A stretch of DNA of 64,000 nucleotides from Muribaculaceae bacterium (GCA_051878575.1 JBJEKJ010000099.1:10686-74685); one strand, 5' to 3'; counted from the first letter of the stretch, positions 10,462-20,113 are shown. The notes: generated by a model not told the origin, from the letters alone. Numbers and translations: made by a program.

Positions 10462-12150
10462 ATGAGAAAGCATGTAATTTTATTGTGCGCGTGCGCTATG
10501 GCTATTGGCGCTCAGGCCGGCAACACGGTGTATCCCGTGGCTAAGAGAGTGGCTCCGAAGACTTCCACAAAAGCTGTGGCCGCTCCTACCGATGTGCATT
10601 TTGCCTTGCCCGAAGGCTGCTTCTGGTTTGGCGACATAGGTGCGAGAAGCAGTTATTACTACTATATGTGCAGCTCGATTGTAGCGCCGGCACACACGCC
10701 CATCACTATCAAGAATGACGGCTCGGCCGAGGGTGAGTATACCTGGGCATACTGCGACCCCACTCACTACAGCTATTCGATGAAAGACTTCAGCATGCTT
10801 AGTGCCGACACGCGTGACCTGACGTTCGAGTCAGATTGCTACAACTTCGTGCAGGTGCCCACGCTCACAAGGACACTCAACGGCACTTCCACCGATTGGA
10901 CCATGCCCACCAACTACTACCTGTCGCTGCTTCAATTTGGCGGCGTGCCGGGCGACTTCATCTATGGTAATGTGCCCGGTGAGGAGGAGAAAGGCCATTT
11001 CGGCTTCATGCAGTGGAACTTCAACTCGGCGTATGTGAACCTCTTTGCGAGCTCCGACCTGAAATCCTACGTTTTCGGCAAGGGCGGACAGACTACCGAG
11101 GCCGGAATCACCGGATTGGCTGCGATGTTCCATCAGCCGGCGGCTCCCTACGTGATTCGCGGTGGCTTGAAGGCTTTCATGACGATTAGCTGCGACGACG
11201 ATGCCGAGCTAACGGTGACGTTGCGCCGTGCCACGAAGGTGAGCGATGAGGAGTATGACCTCGGAGCCGAGCTCGGACACTGCACACTGAGTGGAACCGA
11301 GTTGAAGAAAATGATCCGCGAGCCTATCGGCGACGACTATCTCGGATTCTTCACTTTCAAGGATTTCACTCTCACTAATGAGGAAGGCAATGAGGTATCG
11401 GTGATGCCGCTGACGATAAATACGCCCATTGCGGTGGTGTTCAGCGGTTGGCAGTCGTCGAAATTCGAGAAATTCGAGATTTTCACCAATGAGCAGGTGC
11501 TCGACAGCAATAAGCAATACGACGCTATCGGCAACTCACGCATAGAGACGTCGACGTTCTGGACAGGCGGCCCCTACGGCAACAAGGCTAAGGCCCGATT
11601 CAAGAACTTTGTGGGCGTGGTGACGCTTGATGCCTTCTTCCCCATTCTCCACGTCGATGCCGAGGGCTATGACGCTCCTGCCGAGGGTGGTACGCAGTCG
11701 TTCAAAGTCGACCGCTATCAATATGCGGCTGAAGAGTCGTTTGCTGCCACATGCGAGGCCGATTGGGTAACATGCAAGGCCTCTTATGAGAAGGGGGTAC
11801 GCAATTATGGCGGCGTGCTCGAAATCACTGTCGAGCCCAACGAGGGCGAGGCCCGCAGTGCCGTGGTTGTGCTTACCGATACCGATGGCTCGCGCACTGA
11901 GTTCGTGGTGACACAGGCAGCGTCGGCAGGTGTCGATGGCGTGGCTTCCGATGCGGCAAGCGCAGCGCTTGAGGGTGGTAGCCTCGTGGTGCGTGGCTAT
12001 GCCGGAATGGTCGAGGTGTATGGTGCTTCGGGAATGCTCGTGAAGTCGCTCAATGTCGATGGTGAGACAGCGGTTTCGGTAGCCGAGCTTCCAAGCGGAG
12101 TCTACTTCGTGCGCTTCGATAATGGCAATGTGTCGCGTTTCATAAAGTAG
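10462..12150 (+). CDS. Secreted T9SS cargo protein with BACON-like module and T9SS C-terminal sorting domain
   Basis: 562 aa with a signal peptide. BACON-like segment (EADWVTCKAS...GEARSAVVVLTDTDGSRTEFVVTQ). C-terminal sorting domain ending SGVYFVRFDNGNVSRFIK. Confidence 0.7.
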   Translation: MRKHVILLCACAMAIGAQAGNTVYPVAKRVAPKTSTKAVAAPTDVHFALPEGCFWFGDIGARSSYYYYMCSSIVAPAHTPITIKNDGSAEGEYTWAYCDPTHYSYSMKDFSMLSADTRDLTFESDCYNFVQVPTLTRTLNGTSTDWTMPTNYYLSLLQFGGVPGDFIYGNVPGEEEKGHFGFMQWNFNSAYVNLFASSDLKSYVFGKGGQTTEAGITGLAAMFHQPAAPYVIRGGLKAFMTISCDDDAELTVTLRRATKVSDEEYDLGAELGHCTLSGTELKKMIREPIGDDYLGFFTFKDFTLTNEEGNEVSVMPLTINTPIAVVFSGWQSSKFEKFEIFTNEQVLDSNKQYDAIGNSRIETSTFWTGGPYGNKAKARFKNFVGVVTLDAFFPILHVDAEGYDAPAEGGTQSFKVDRYQYAAEESFAATCEADWVTCKASYEKGVRNYGGVLEITVEPNEGEARSAVVVLTDTDGSRTEFVVTQAASAGVDGVASDAASAALEGGSLVVRGYAGMVEVYGASGMLVKSLNVDGETAVSVAELPSGVYFVRFDNGNVSRFIK

Positions 12151-12204
12151 CGCGTCACGCAGCCGCCTCTATGCGGAGCGGCGACGATATATGAAATGAT
12201 AATT

Positions 12205-12248
12205 AAGGCTTCAAGGGTCGGTGGATTGCGACTTTTGGAGCCTTTTTT
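12205..12248 (+). terminator. Intrinsic terminator after the T9SS cargo pair
   Basis: 10-bp stem aaggcttcaa / ttggagcctt (one G-T pair) followed by a T-run. Confidence 0.55.
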
Positions 12249-12462
12249 AGCGCGCGTTCCGAGACTTTCAAAATCAGCTCAAAATATCCGCCTCTACGGT
12301 CCCAAAAATTTAAGGAACGCGCTCTAATTCCGTAGGCAAGTTGCGAAAAAATCCCCGAAAAATGAGGAAACTACGCCTTTTGTGCCGCCATGGAATGCTA
12401 AAGTCGGGAAAATTCATTACTTTTGTAGGAAAACTGCAAGACAGCATAACATTTTACCGAAG

Positions 12463-13623
12463 ATGAGATACTTTTTGATAGCCGGAGAAGCATCGGGCGA
12501 CATCCATGCCGCCGAGCTGATAAAGGCGATTCGCATGAACGACCCGTCGGCCGAGTTCATATTTTTCGGCGGCGACATGATGGCGTCGGCTGCCGGAGTG
12601 CAGCCGGTGGTGCACTATCGCGAGATGGCCTTCATGGGCTTTATCGAGGTGGCGAGGCACTTGCCCGCCATACTCGGATTCATGCGCACGGCGCGTCAGT
12701 GCATCGACTCGTGGCATCCCGACGCGCTCATTCTCGTGGACTATCCGTCGTTCAACCTCAAGGTGGCAAAATATGCCGCCACGAAGGGCGTGAGGTCGTT
12801 CTATTTCATCTCGCCTAAGGTGTGGGCATGGAAGGAGCACCGAGTGAGGCAGATAAAGGAGTACATCACCGAGATGTATTCGATACTGCCCTTTGAGCCC
12901 GAGTTTTTTGAGAGCAGGCATCAGTATCATGTGGAATATGTGGGGAATCCCACTGTGAAGGAGATAGCTGAGGCAAGGCCGGCCTTTGCCGACGCCGCCG
13001 CGTTCCGCAAGGACTACGGCCTGCATCCCGACGCGCCTATAGTGGCTGTGGTGCCGGGCTCACGCCGCAAGGAGATTGCCGACAATCTGCCGGCGATGGT
13101 GAGAGCGTGTGAGATGATAGGAGGCTTGCAGGTGGTGATTGCCGGAGCTCCGGGAGTCGACGCCGGGCTATATGGCAAGGTGCTTGCCGGCAGTGACTGC
13201 CGCACCGACTATCCGGTGCTGTTTGGCAAGTCGTTTGAGATATTGCACCATTCACGTGCGGCACTTGTCACCTCGGGCACTGCCACGCTCGAGACTGCCG
13301 TGATAGGCACGCCGCAAGTGGTGTGCTACCGCATGAATGGCAGTCCGCTGCTCTATGGCATCTACAAGCGCATGCTCAAAGTGCGCCATGTGTCGCTGCC
13401 CAATCTTGTGGTCGACGCGCCGATGGTGCCAGAGCTGCTGTTGCACTATTGCAGCAGTGAGAATATTTGCGCCGAGTTGCGCAAGCTGATAGCCGACACT
13501 CCCGAGCGCAAGGCGATGCTTAGTGGCTATGGCCGCATGATGGAGATTCTTGGCGATGGCGACTGCGCGGCCAATGCCGCCCGTGGCATAGTGGAGTGCC
13601 TGAAAAATTCGATGGAAAATTGA
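12463..13623 (+). CDS. lpxB: Lipid-A-disaccharide synthase
   Basis: Starts MRYFLIAGEASGDIHAAELIKAIR, the canonical LpxB N-terminus. I chose the ATG at 12463 over the upstream GTG at 12382. A TACTTTTG -7 box lies at 12416-12423. Confidence 0.9.
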   Translation: MRYFLIAGEASGDIHAAELIKAIRMNDPSAEFIFFGGDMMASAAGVQPVVHYREMAFMGFIEVARHLPAILGFMRTARQCIDSWHPDALILVDYPSFNLKVAKYAATKGVRSFYFISPKVWAWKEHRVRQIKEYITEMYSILPFEPEFFESRHQYHVEYVGNPTVKEIAEARPAFADAAAFRKDYGLHPDAPIVAVVPGSRRKEIADNLPAMVRACEMIGGLQVVIAGAPGVDAGLYGKVLAGSDCRTDYPVLFGKSFEILHHSRAALVTSGTATLETAVIGTPQVVCYRMNGSPLLYGIYKRMLKVRHVSLPNLVVDAPMVPELLLHYCSSENICAELRKLIADTPERKAMLSGYGRMMEILGDGDCAANAARGIVECLKNSMEN

Positions 13624-13639
13624 GAAATCATTCGTCGTT

Positions 13640-14137
13640 ATGGAAAAGATGGAAAAGAAATACAAGATATTGTTTGTGTGTCTCGGCAATATATGTCGCT
13701 CACCGGCTGCCGAGGGCGTGATGCTAAGGCTCATTGAGGAGCGCAATCTTGTCGGCCGCATAGAGGTGGACTCGGCAGGAACCTACGGTGGCCATGCCGG
13801 CAGCCTCCCCGACCGTCGCATGCGTGTCCATGCAAGGAGCAGGGGCTACGAGCTGACACATCGCAGCCGTCGAGTGACGGGCGATGATTTCGAGCGGTTC
13901 GACCTTATTGTGGGCATGGACGGCAGCAACGTCCACACGCTGCGCGAGATGGCGGCTACAATCGACGAGGCAAGGAAAATTGTGCCTATGGGACGCTTCA
14001 TTCGCCGGTATCCCCACTACGACCATGTTCCTGATCCCTATTATGAGGGCTCTGAGGGCTTCGAGCTCGTGCTCGACCTGCTCGAGGACTCCTGCGCGGC
14101 TCTGCTCGACCATATTATAAATAATATCACTTTGTGA
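13640..14137 (+). CDS. Low-molecular-weight protein-tyrosine phosphatase
   Basis: 165 aa. P-loop ILFVCLGNICRSPAAEG (CX5R-S) and a downstream DP motif (VPDPYY). Confidence 0.85.
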   Translation: MEKMEKKYKILFVCLGNICRSPAAEGVMLRLIEERNLVGRIEVDSAGTYGGHAGSLPDRRMRVHARSRGYELTHRSRRVTGDDFERFDLIVGMDGSNVHTLREMAATIDEARKIVPMGRFIRRYPHYDHVPDPYYEGSEGFELVLDLLEDSCAALLDHIINNITL

Positions 14138-14159
14138 GATAAAACAATAAAACTTTTTT

Positions 14160-16280
14160 ATGCCAATGAAATCAAAAGTATTGACGATTGCCGTGGCGGC
14201 TGCATTTTGCACCGCATGCTCATCGGCTGATGTGACAAAGAACGACGTGAACAAGGATGATTTCGTGAATTATCCCGATGGCAACTATGTGTATGCCTTT
14301 AACGAGTCGGTGAATCCCGAGGGACTCTCGCTGAGGGGCTCGATGTATGACTTGGTGTTCCCCGCACCTAAATCGGTGACGCTGCGCGAGGACTCTACCG
14401 CCATACCTGCCGTGGTGGGCATAGTTGCCGACGGCGATTTGGCGGTTGCCGCCGACTACTTGACCGAGAAACTTGCCGCCAATGGGGTGAGCCGCGACGA
14501 CGAGGCCGGGTTCAAGATAAGGCTGGGCCTGATTGCCGACAAGTCGCACAACGACGAGTATTATGAGCTTACGGTTGACGGCGGTGCCGTGGCGATTGCC
14601 GGCAACAGCGCAATAGGCGTGCTCAATGGAGTGAAGACGCTTATTGCCGTGATGGAGCAGAATGGCGGTGCCGGCGCGAAGTTGTGCAATGCGGTGGTGA
14701 GTGACTATCCCGACTTGGAGCACCGCGGAATGATGCTCGACATCGTGCGCAACTACACCGAATTTGAGAATGTGAAGAAGGTAATCGACTATATCGCCTC
14801 CTACAAGCTGAATGTGTTTCATTTCCATATAGCCGACGATGAGGCGTGGAGACTTGACATTCCGGGTATTCCCGAGCTCACCGAGGTAGGCTCGTGCCGC
14901 ACCAAGACCTACGATGCCAAGAACGAGAAGTTCATGGAGATGCTCTATTCGGGTCAGGACCCCACTGTGGATTTGGAGGAGCGGTTCATCACCCGCGAGC
15001 AGTTTATCGAGTTGCTGAGGTATGCACGTTCGCGCGGAGTGGAGGTGGTGCCCGAAATCGACACTCCCGGACACTCGCGTGCTGCCATAATAGCCATGAA
15101 GGCTCGCTATGAGAAGTATGCGGCTACCGACGATGCCGAGGCGCTGCGCTACAAGATCTGGGACGACGCCGACACGTCGGTCTACAAATCGGCGCAGGGC
15201 TACACCGACGATGTGATAAACGTGGCGCTGCCCGGCGTGTACAATTTCATGGAGAAGGTGTTCGATGAGATACATGCCATGTACAAGGAGGCCGGCATCA
15301 AGCTGCGAGTGTTCCACTTTGGCGGCGATGAGGTGGCTCACGGAGCCCTTGAGGGCTCGCCGATGGTGCGCCGGTTCATGAAGGAGCATGGCATGACGAG
15401 CGTGAAGGAAGTGTCGGAATACTACGTCGACCGTATGGCTGAGTATGTGGCAAGCCGTGGCGTTCTCGCCGGTGGATGGCAGGAGGCCGCACTGAAGCAC
15501 TCGCCCGAATTCGACAGCCGTGTGGCGCCTCGCTATGGCATTGTGAACGCATGGAGCACTAACGGACGCAGCGACACTGTGCCCTACACGCTTGCCAACA
15601 GCGGATATCCTGTGGTGCTTAGCAACGTGCGCAATTTCTACCTCGACATGGTGTACACTCGTCATCAGGACGAGAACGGACTGCGCTGGGGCGGATGGTG
15701 CAATGAGTACACATCGTGGTGTGCGTTGCCTTTCAACAGCTATCGCTCGACTCGCGAGGGATGGAATGGCGAGGAGGAGGATCTTGGCCGCATTGCCGAC
15801 GGCAAGCCCGCTCTTGCCGACCGCTCGGCGATAAAGGGCGTGCAGGCACAGCTTTGGTCGGAGACGATACGCAATTTCGCGATGGTGCAGAGCTATGTTT
15901 TCCCAAAAATCCTCGGACTCGTGGAGCGTGGTTGGAATGCGTCGCCGGCGTGGGGCGAGGGCTCTACTGATTTGGATCTTTTCAATGCCGAGCGCGCGCA
16001 ATATAACTTGCGAATAGGGCTCAAGGAGCTGCCGCGACTGAGCCGCAAGGGCATAGCTGTTCACATCAATCAGCCCGGCATAATCGTGGAGGATGGAATG
16101 CTCAAGGCAAATGCCTGCTATCCCGGCGTTGAGGTGCGCTACACGCTCGACGGCTCGGAGCCATCGGCCTCGTCGCCCGAGTGGACGGCACCGGTGTCGG
16201 TGGGCAGTTCCAAGCTCGTCAAGGCCAAGGCCTTCTACCTCGGCACAGAGAGCGTGACCACATATCTTTGGCTTGATTAG
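14160..16280 (+). CDS. Beta-N-acetylhexosaminidase (GH20), lipoprotein
   Basis: 706 aa with lipobox AFCTAC. GH20 catalytic region HRGMMLDIVRNY, FHFHIADDEAWRL, HFGGDEV. Confidence 0.9.
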   Translation: MPMKSKVLTIAVAAAFCTACSSADVTKNDVNKDDFVNYPDGNYVYAFNESVNPEGLSLRGSMYDLVFPAPKSVTLREDSTAIPAVVGIVADGDLAVAADYLTEKLAANGVSRDDEAGFKIRLGLIADKSHNDEYYELTVDGGAVAIAGNSAIGVLNGVKTLIAVMEQNGGAGAKLCNAVVSDYPDLEHRGMMLDIVRNYTEFENVKKVIDYIASYKLNVFHFHIADDEAWRLDIPGIPELTEVGSCRTKTYDAKNEKFMEMLYSGQDPTVDLEERFITREQFIELLRYARSRGVEVVPEIDTPGHSRAAIIAMKARYEKYAATDDAEALRYKIWDDADTSVYKSAQGYTDDVINVALPGVYNFMEKVFDEIHAMYKEAGIKLRVFHFGGDEVAHGALEGSPMVRRFMKEHGMTSVKEVSEYYVDRMAEYVASRGVLAGGWQEAALKHSPEFDSRVAPRYGIVNAWSTNGRSDTVPYTLANSGYPVVLSNVRNFYLDMVYTRHQDENGLRWGGWCNEYTSWCALPFNSYRSTREGWNGEEEDLGRIADGKPALADRSAIKGVQAQLWSETIRNFAMVQSYVFPKILGLVERGWNASPAWGEGSTDLDLFNAERAQYNLRIGLKELPRLSRKGIAVHINQPGIIVEDGMLKANACYPGVEVRYTLDGSEPSASSPEWTAPVSVGSSKLVKAKAFYLGTESVTTYLWLD

Positions 16281-16346
16281 GTCTAAGTCGCAAATTGGCG
16301 GGGGACAGGCATAAATTCTCTCTCGTCCCCCCCCTGAAGATGATAA

Positions 16347-16392
16347 AAGAGAATCGCAAGAAGCCTGAGGGGCAACTTGCGATTCTCTTTTT
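16347..16392. terminator. Bidirectional intrinsic terminator between the GH20 gene (+) and tRNA-Leu (-)
   Basis: Perfect 14-bp stem aagagaatcgcaag / cttgcgattctctt. T-runs follow on both strands. Confidence 0.75.
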
Positions 16393-16393
16393 G

Positions 16394-16477
16394 TACTCGG
16401 AGCGGGACTTGAACCCGCACAGCCGCAATGGCCAAAGGATTTTAAGTCCTTCGTGTCTACCATTCCACCATCCGAGC
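16394..16477 (-). tRNA. tRNA-Leu (anticodon UAA), type II with long variable arm
   Basis: The reverse complement folds as a cloverleaf. Acceptor gctcgga/tccgagt, anticodon stem aagga/tcctt with loop cTTAAaa, T arm gcggg-ttcaagt-cccgc. No encoded CCA. A TATCTTTG -7 box lies upstream on the minus strand near 16529-16536. Confidence 0.9.
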
Positions 16478-16647
16478 AGCTTGTATAAGCCACAAAAGTG
16501 GGCGGTTGACGCCTGTGCGCTTAAAAGCGGTGCAAAGATACTAATTCAATTCGTCTTTTGCAAGACTTTGCCGAAAATTCGCCAATCCTCACCGCAAAAT
16601 TCGGCTGAATGGCTGCTGATTACTCTTTTGAGATGTGTGTAGAGGGC

Positions 16648-17559
16648 TTAGTAGGTTATATTGTATTTGCGGAGAAGCAGGTCGGGATAATAGGATTGTT
16701 TTGCCTGGCGCAGGCCCGGATCTCCGGCGTCGTCCTCGCGGTTCACCATGTCGATTTGGCTGCGCTCGCGGCAATAGCGCACGAATGCCATGTTAATGAA
16801 CTCGTTGGCTCCTGCGAAGCTGTGGTCGGTCTTTTCGATGTGAACGTGCAGTGTGGTGCCCGTTATCTCGCCGATGGCGAATGCCGCGATGTCGGTTCCG
16901 GCATATAGCACTATGCCGGTGAAAGCCTCGGAGTAGCGTGCGAAGTCGTGGAGCACGCGGCGCGTCTGGTTACGCTCATAGCCGGCCATTCCGTTGTTGC
17001 TCTTGGTGAGGCACAGGCGGTCGAAGAAGGCTCTCGCGGCGTCGATATTGTCCTTGCCCAGCGGCTCGATGTGGTGGTCGGGGTAGGAGGATATGAACTT
17101 GTTCACATGGTTGCGCTTTTTCTTCATCTTGTTGCCTACGAGGGTGGCGAGCTTTGCGGCGTCGTAGATGTAGTCGCTCCACTGCGTCAGCTCATAGACG
17201 CCGGTCGGGTTCAGGGCCATAAAGTCGTCAATCCGCTCCTCGGTGATTGCCGAGAATTCGAGTTGCAGCCCCTCGTAGGCGCAATGCTCCTTAAGTAGAG
17301 CCACCGCCTCGTCGAGCGGCATTGCTCCGATAGGAAGCGAGAAGGCCGTCCGCCTCACGTCGTCCTCAGCCACGCCCTTGATTAGCAGAGTGTCGCGATA
17401 GATGCAGTAGTGATACTTGAAGTAGTCGATCCACATGTAGATTCCTCCCACGGTGTAGTCGCAAGAGCGGCTTCCCGACTGCCTGAGGTAGGGCAGCACG
17501 AGTGGCAGTGAGTTGAAAGTGAGCCTATGAAATTTCAGCCGTCGTCCGTCGTTGTCCAT
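16648..17559 (-). CDS. DUF2156-like protein (related to the C-terminal domain of phosphatidylglycerol lysyltransferase)
   Basis: 303 aa. The N-terminal pattern LTFNSLPLVLPYLRQSGSRSCDYTVGGIYMWIDYF resembles the DUF2156/LPG-synthase-C family. Assigned from memory of the family. Confidence 0.55.
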   Translation of the reverse strand: MDNDGRRLKFHRLTFNSLPLVLPYLRQSGSRSCDYTVGGIYMWIDYFKYHYCIYRDTLLIKGVAEDDVRRTAFSLPIGAMPLDEAVALLKEHCAYEGLQLEFSAITEERIDDFMALNPTGVYELTQWSDYIYDAAKLATLVGNKMKKKRNHVNKFISSYPDHHIEPLGKDNIDAARAFFDRLCLTKSNNGMAGYERNQTRRVLHDFARYSEAFTGIVLYAGTDIAAFAIGEITGTTLHVHIEKTDHSFAGANEFINMAFVRYCRERSQIDMVNREDDAGDPGLRQAKQSYYPDLLLRKYNITY

Positions 17560-17609
17560 AAGAAAATAAACTTCCCTGTGTTTTTTGATTATTCACTCTC
17601 ATGCGAGCG

Positions 17610-18734
17610 TCAGCAGCCCACTATCCATTTGCTTCCGGGCAGGAGCGAGAGCAGCTTGGTGGTGACCACGCAGCATAGATAGGATGCTATGGCTATGCAA
17701 GGAATGGCTATGCTAACCGGCAGTATGGGATTGGCGGGATCGCCTGCCACGAAGGCGCTTGCTATTTGCGAGAGGAAGAACATGTGCATAAGATACATTC
17801 CGAAGGACAGTCTCGACACCTCGGCAATGAGTCGCGGAGTCTTTGGCTTGTCGATGCAAGAGAAGAGCAGGAATGCGCCGAATGATGCGCAAAGCACGTT
17901 GGGGGTGCAGAATTCCCACGACCATTCGAGCAGCGGAGTCTCGATAATCTGTCCGGGAACGCCCTTCCACCAGAACGACCATCCGGTGAATGCGGCTCCT
18001 GCCAATAAGCACACTGCGCCTATCGCCAGTCGCTTGCCGCGTTGCCATGTGATGTGGTGGCGTATGTAGTGTGCGAGCACGAGGTAGCCGAGATAGCCCG
18101 AGCAATACCACAGCATGCTGAAACGGTTCCAGAAGCATTCTCCCCACAATTCGGGAGTGATGAAGGTGTGAAGCCACGGAATCAGCGTGGAGGCGGCGAA
18201 GAAGCCGAGGAAGATGCGCTCGTCGCGCGCCGACGCGCGCTCAAGCCACGGCGACACCACGGGGATGATGATGTAGAGGCTGATAAGCGGATACATGAAC
18301 CACAGATGCCCCGCCATCGCCGGGAAATTGAACACGATGCGCCACAAGTCGGCCATCGACTCCCACAATGTCATGCCATTCCATAGCGGGGGCAGCATGG
18401 TGTAGAGCACCATGAAAATGATAGACGGCGGCATGACGCGCATGAAGCGGCGGCGATAGAATTGCGTCATTGTGGTGCCGGGCTTCATGGGCACGAGCAG
18501 GAATGCCGACACTATCATGAACAGCGGAACGCTGATGCGCCCTAAGAATCCGTCGTAGAATGCCACCCAGAAGCGGTTGCTCTCATTGGCAAGCATCGAC
18601 ACCGAGCCTGCGAGCCCCGACGAGTCGGCGCCATAGAAATTCTCGCTTGCATGCACAAGCATCACCAAAAAACATGCTATCACGCGAATGTAGTCCACGA
18701 ATACCACCCTGTCGTTCCTCTCCATAAATTCCAA
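17610..18734 (-). CDS. Acyltransferase family 3 integral membrane protein
   Basis: 374 aa and polytopic. N-terminal VFVDYIRVIACFLVMLVHA, with the conserved His typical of Acyl_transf_3. Confidence 0.8.
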   Translation of the reverse strand: MEFMERNDRVVFVDYIRVIACFLVMLVHASENFYGADSSGLAGSVSMLANESNRFWVAFYDGFLGRISVPLFMIVSAFLLVPMKPGTTMTQFYRRRFMRVMPPSIIFMVLYTMLPPLWNGMTLWESMADLWRIVFNFPAMAGHLWFMYPLISLYIIIPVVSPWLERASARDERIFLGFFAASTLIPWLHTFITPELWGECFWNRFSMLWYCSGYLGYLVLAHYIRHHITWQRGKRLAIGAVCLLAGAAFTGWSFWWKGVPGQIIETPLLEWSWEFCTPNVLCASFGAFLLFSCIDKPKTPRLIAEVSRLSFGMYLMHMFFLSQIASAFVAGDPANPILPVSIAIPCIAIASYLCCVVTTKLLSLLPGSKWIVGC

Positions 18735-18751
18735 TTTTTGCGGTTATAGTT

Positions 18752-18981
18752 TTTTATGCAAAGATAGTGCAAATCGAGCGTAGAACGCCAAGTTTACTTG
18801 AGCGTTATGCCGAGATGCAGCCTATTTTATGCAAAGATAGTGCAAATCGAGCGCAGAACGCCAAGTTTACTTGAGCGTTATGCCGAGATGCAGCCTATTT
18901 TATGCAAAGATAGTGCAAATCGAGCGCAGAACGTCAAGTTTACTTGAGCGTTATGCCGAGATGCAGCCTATTTTATGCAAA
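18752..18981 (+). repeat. Head-to-tail tandem array: three full 73-bp units plus an 11-bp start of a fourth. Each unit carries a minus-strand TATCTTTG -7 promoter box and a bulged hairpin.
   Basis: Units start at 18752, 18825, 18898 and 18971. Unit sequence: ttttatgcaaagatagtgcaaatcgagcgcagaacgccaagtttacttgagcgttatgccgagatgcagccta. Only 2 substitutions occur among the copies. Confidence 0.95.
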
Positions 18982-19026
18982 TGTACTACAAAAAAGTGGA
19001 ATATGGAAGAATGAGTCGGCGTATTC

Positions 19027-19881
19027 TCAGGAATGTGAGCGGCGGAATGCCACCGGCGACATTCCGGTGGCCTTTTTGAAGAATTTGCCGAGGCTCGACT
19101 GGTCGCAGAAATTGAAGTCGTAGGCTATTCGCTGCACCGAGTTGCCCGATATGAGCAGCTCGCGCTTGATTCTTGCCACGATGAACTTCGAGATAATGTC
19201 CTTGGCCGTCAGGTTGGCGGTCTTGCGGGCTATTTCGTTGAGATATTTTGGAGTTATGCTCAGTTTGTCGGCATAGAATGCCACATCGTGCTGTTGGCAA
19301 CAGTGCTTGTTGAGCAGCTTGATGAAATTGATGAAATAAGAGTCGGTAGTGGTGAAAACCACCGATTGCGAGTTGTCTTTATTGGCCATCGCATTGACGT
19401 CGGCAATGGTGACGAACAGAATGCGGATGATGCCAATGGTGAAGTCGGTGTGGTGGGTGTAGTTGGGCATCTCGGCGTACACCTTGAGCGTGTTCAGCAG
19501 ATTCTTGATAATGGGAACGCTCCTCTCATCCTTCACATTGTTGCAAGGATGGGTGAAGATATTCTGCATAGTGTCCATATTTATGCCCGTGGTTGCCGAT
19601 AGGATAGTGTCGGGGGCATACACAAGACGCATAACTTCGAAATCGTCGGTTTTCGACACTAATTTCACAATTGAGTCGCCCGGGATGGCCATATAGGAAT
19701 TTGGGCTGAGCGTGTATTCCATAAGGTTGATGACCACATTGGCCGAGCCTGCGATGCAAAACAGGAAAGAGCCGTCTTTCGTAGCCGTGAAATTGTCTTT
19801 CTCCCAGTCGCTGATGTCGGAGTTGGTTATGACGTAACCCTTCTTAGTCAATAATTCGTCGTATGCCATTGGAGTGTTCAT
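19027..19881 (-). CDS. AraC/XylS-family transcriptional regulator
   Basis: C-terminal double HTH (FYADKLSITPKYLNEIARK...IAYDFNFCDQSSLGKFFKKATGMSPVAFRR). I chose the start MNTPMAYDE at 19881 because a TATATTTG -7 box precedes it. The longer ORF extending to 19971 was rejected. Confidence 0.85.
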   Translation of the reverse strand: MNTPMAYDELLTKKGYVITNSDISDWEKDNFTATKDGSFLFCIAGSANVVINLMEYTLSPNSYMAIPGDSIVKLVSKTDDFEVMRLVYAPDTILSATTGINMDTMQNIFTHPCNNVKDERSVPIIKNLLNTLKVYAEMPNYTHHTDFTIGIIRILFVTIADVNAMANKDNSQSVVFTTTDSYFINFIKLLNKHCCQQHDVAFYADKLSITPKYLNEIARKTANLTAKDIISKFIVARIKRELLISGNSVQRIAYDFNFCDQSSLGKFFKKATGMSPVAFRRSHS

Positions 19882-20113
19882 TTTCGTATTTTTGCAACAA
19901 ATATAGTGGTTTGTTTGTTCAAATAAAACATTTGGTTGCGTTTGGAACATTATATGAGCGGAATAAACCACGATTTAACTAATCTTTGCTAATTTGGTGC
20001 GACAGCTTGGCCGGACCATCAAATGTGCCCGGTCGAGAATTAGTGTGCTTGTGCGTCGTTCTGACGGTGGAAGCGAGGTGTGTCGGTGCCGCTCAGAATG
20101 CCTTAGAACGGCG

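Noticed and set aside
12382-12462. N-terminal 27-codon extension of lpxB starting at a GTG
   Set aside because: The canonical LpxB N-terminus (MRYFLIAGEASGD) starts at the ATG at 12463. The extension contains a -7 promoter box and has non-coding-like composition.
16296-16334. C8 homopolymer tract as a phase-variation switch
   Set aside because: It is intergenic, after the GH20 stop, and forms one arm of a weak hairpin (gggggac/gtccccc). It is not within or upstream of a coding start.
14220-16493. 757-aa ORF on the minus strand, antisense to the GH20 gene
   Set aside because: This is a shadow ORF. It runs through a bidirectional terminator and the tRNA-Leu gene, and its translation has no recognisable motifs. 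The plus-strand GH20 call is unambiguous.
16295-16642. 115-aa plus-strand ORF
   Set aside because: It spans two terminator hairpins and the complement of tRNA-Leu, so it is not coding.
18752-18981. Possible CRISPR array
   Set aside because: The 73-bp units are directly contiguous with no unique spacers. The unit is too long for a CRISPR repeat, and there are no cas genes in the window.
19882-19971. 30-codon N-terminal extension of the AraC ORF
   Set aside because: A TATATTTG -7 box and AT-rich promoter-like sequence lie inside the extension. The internal ATG (MNTPMAYDE) gives a normal-length AraC protein.
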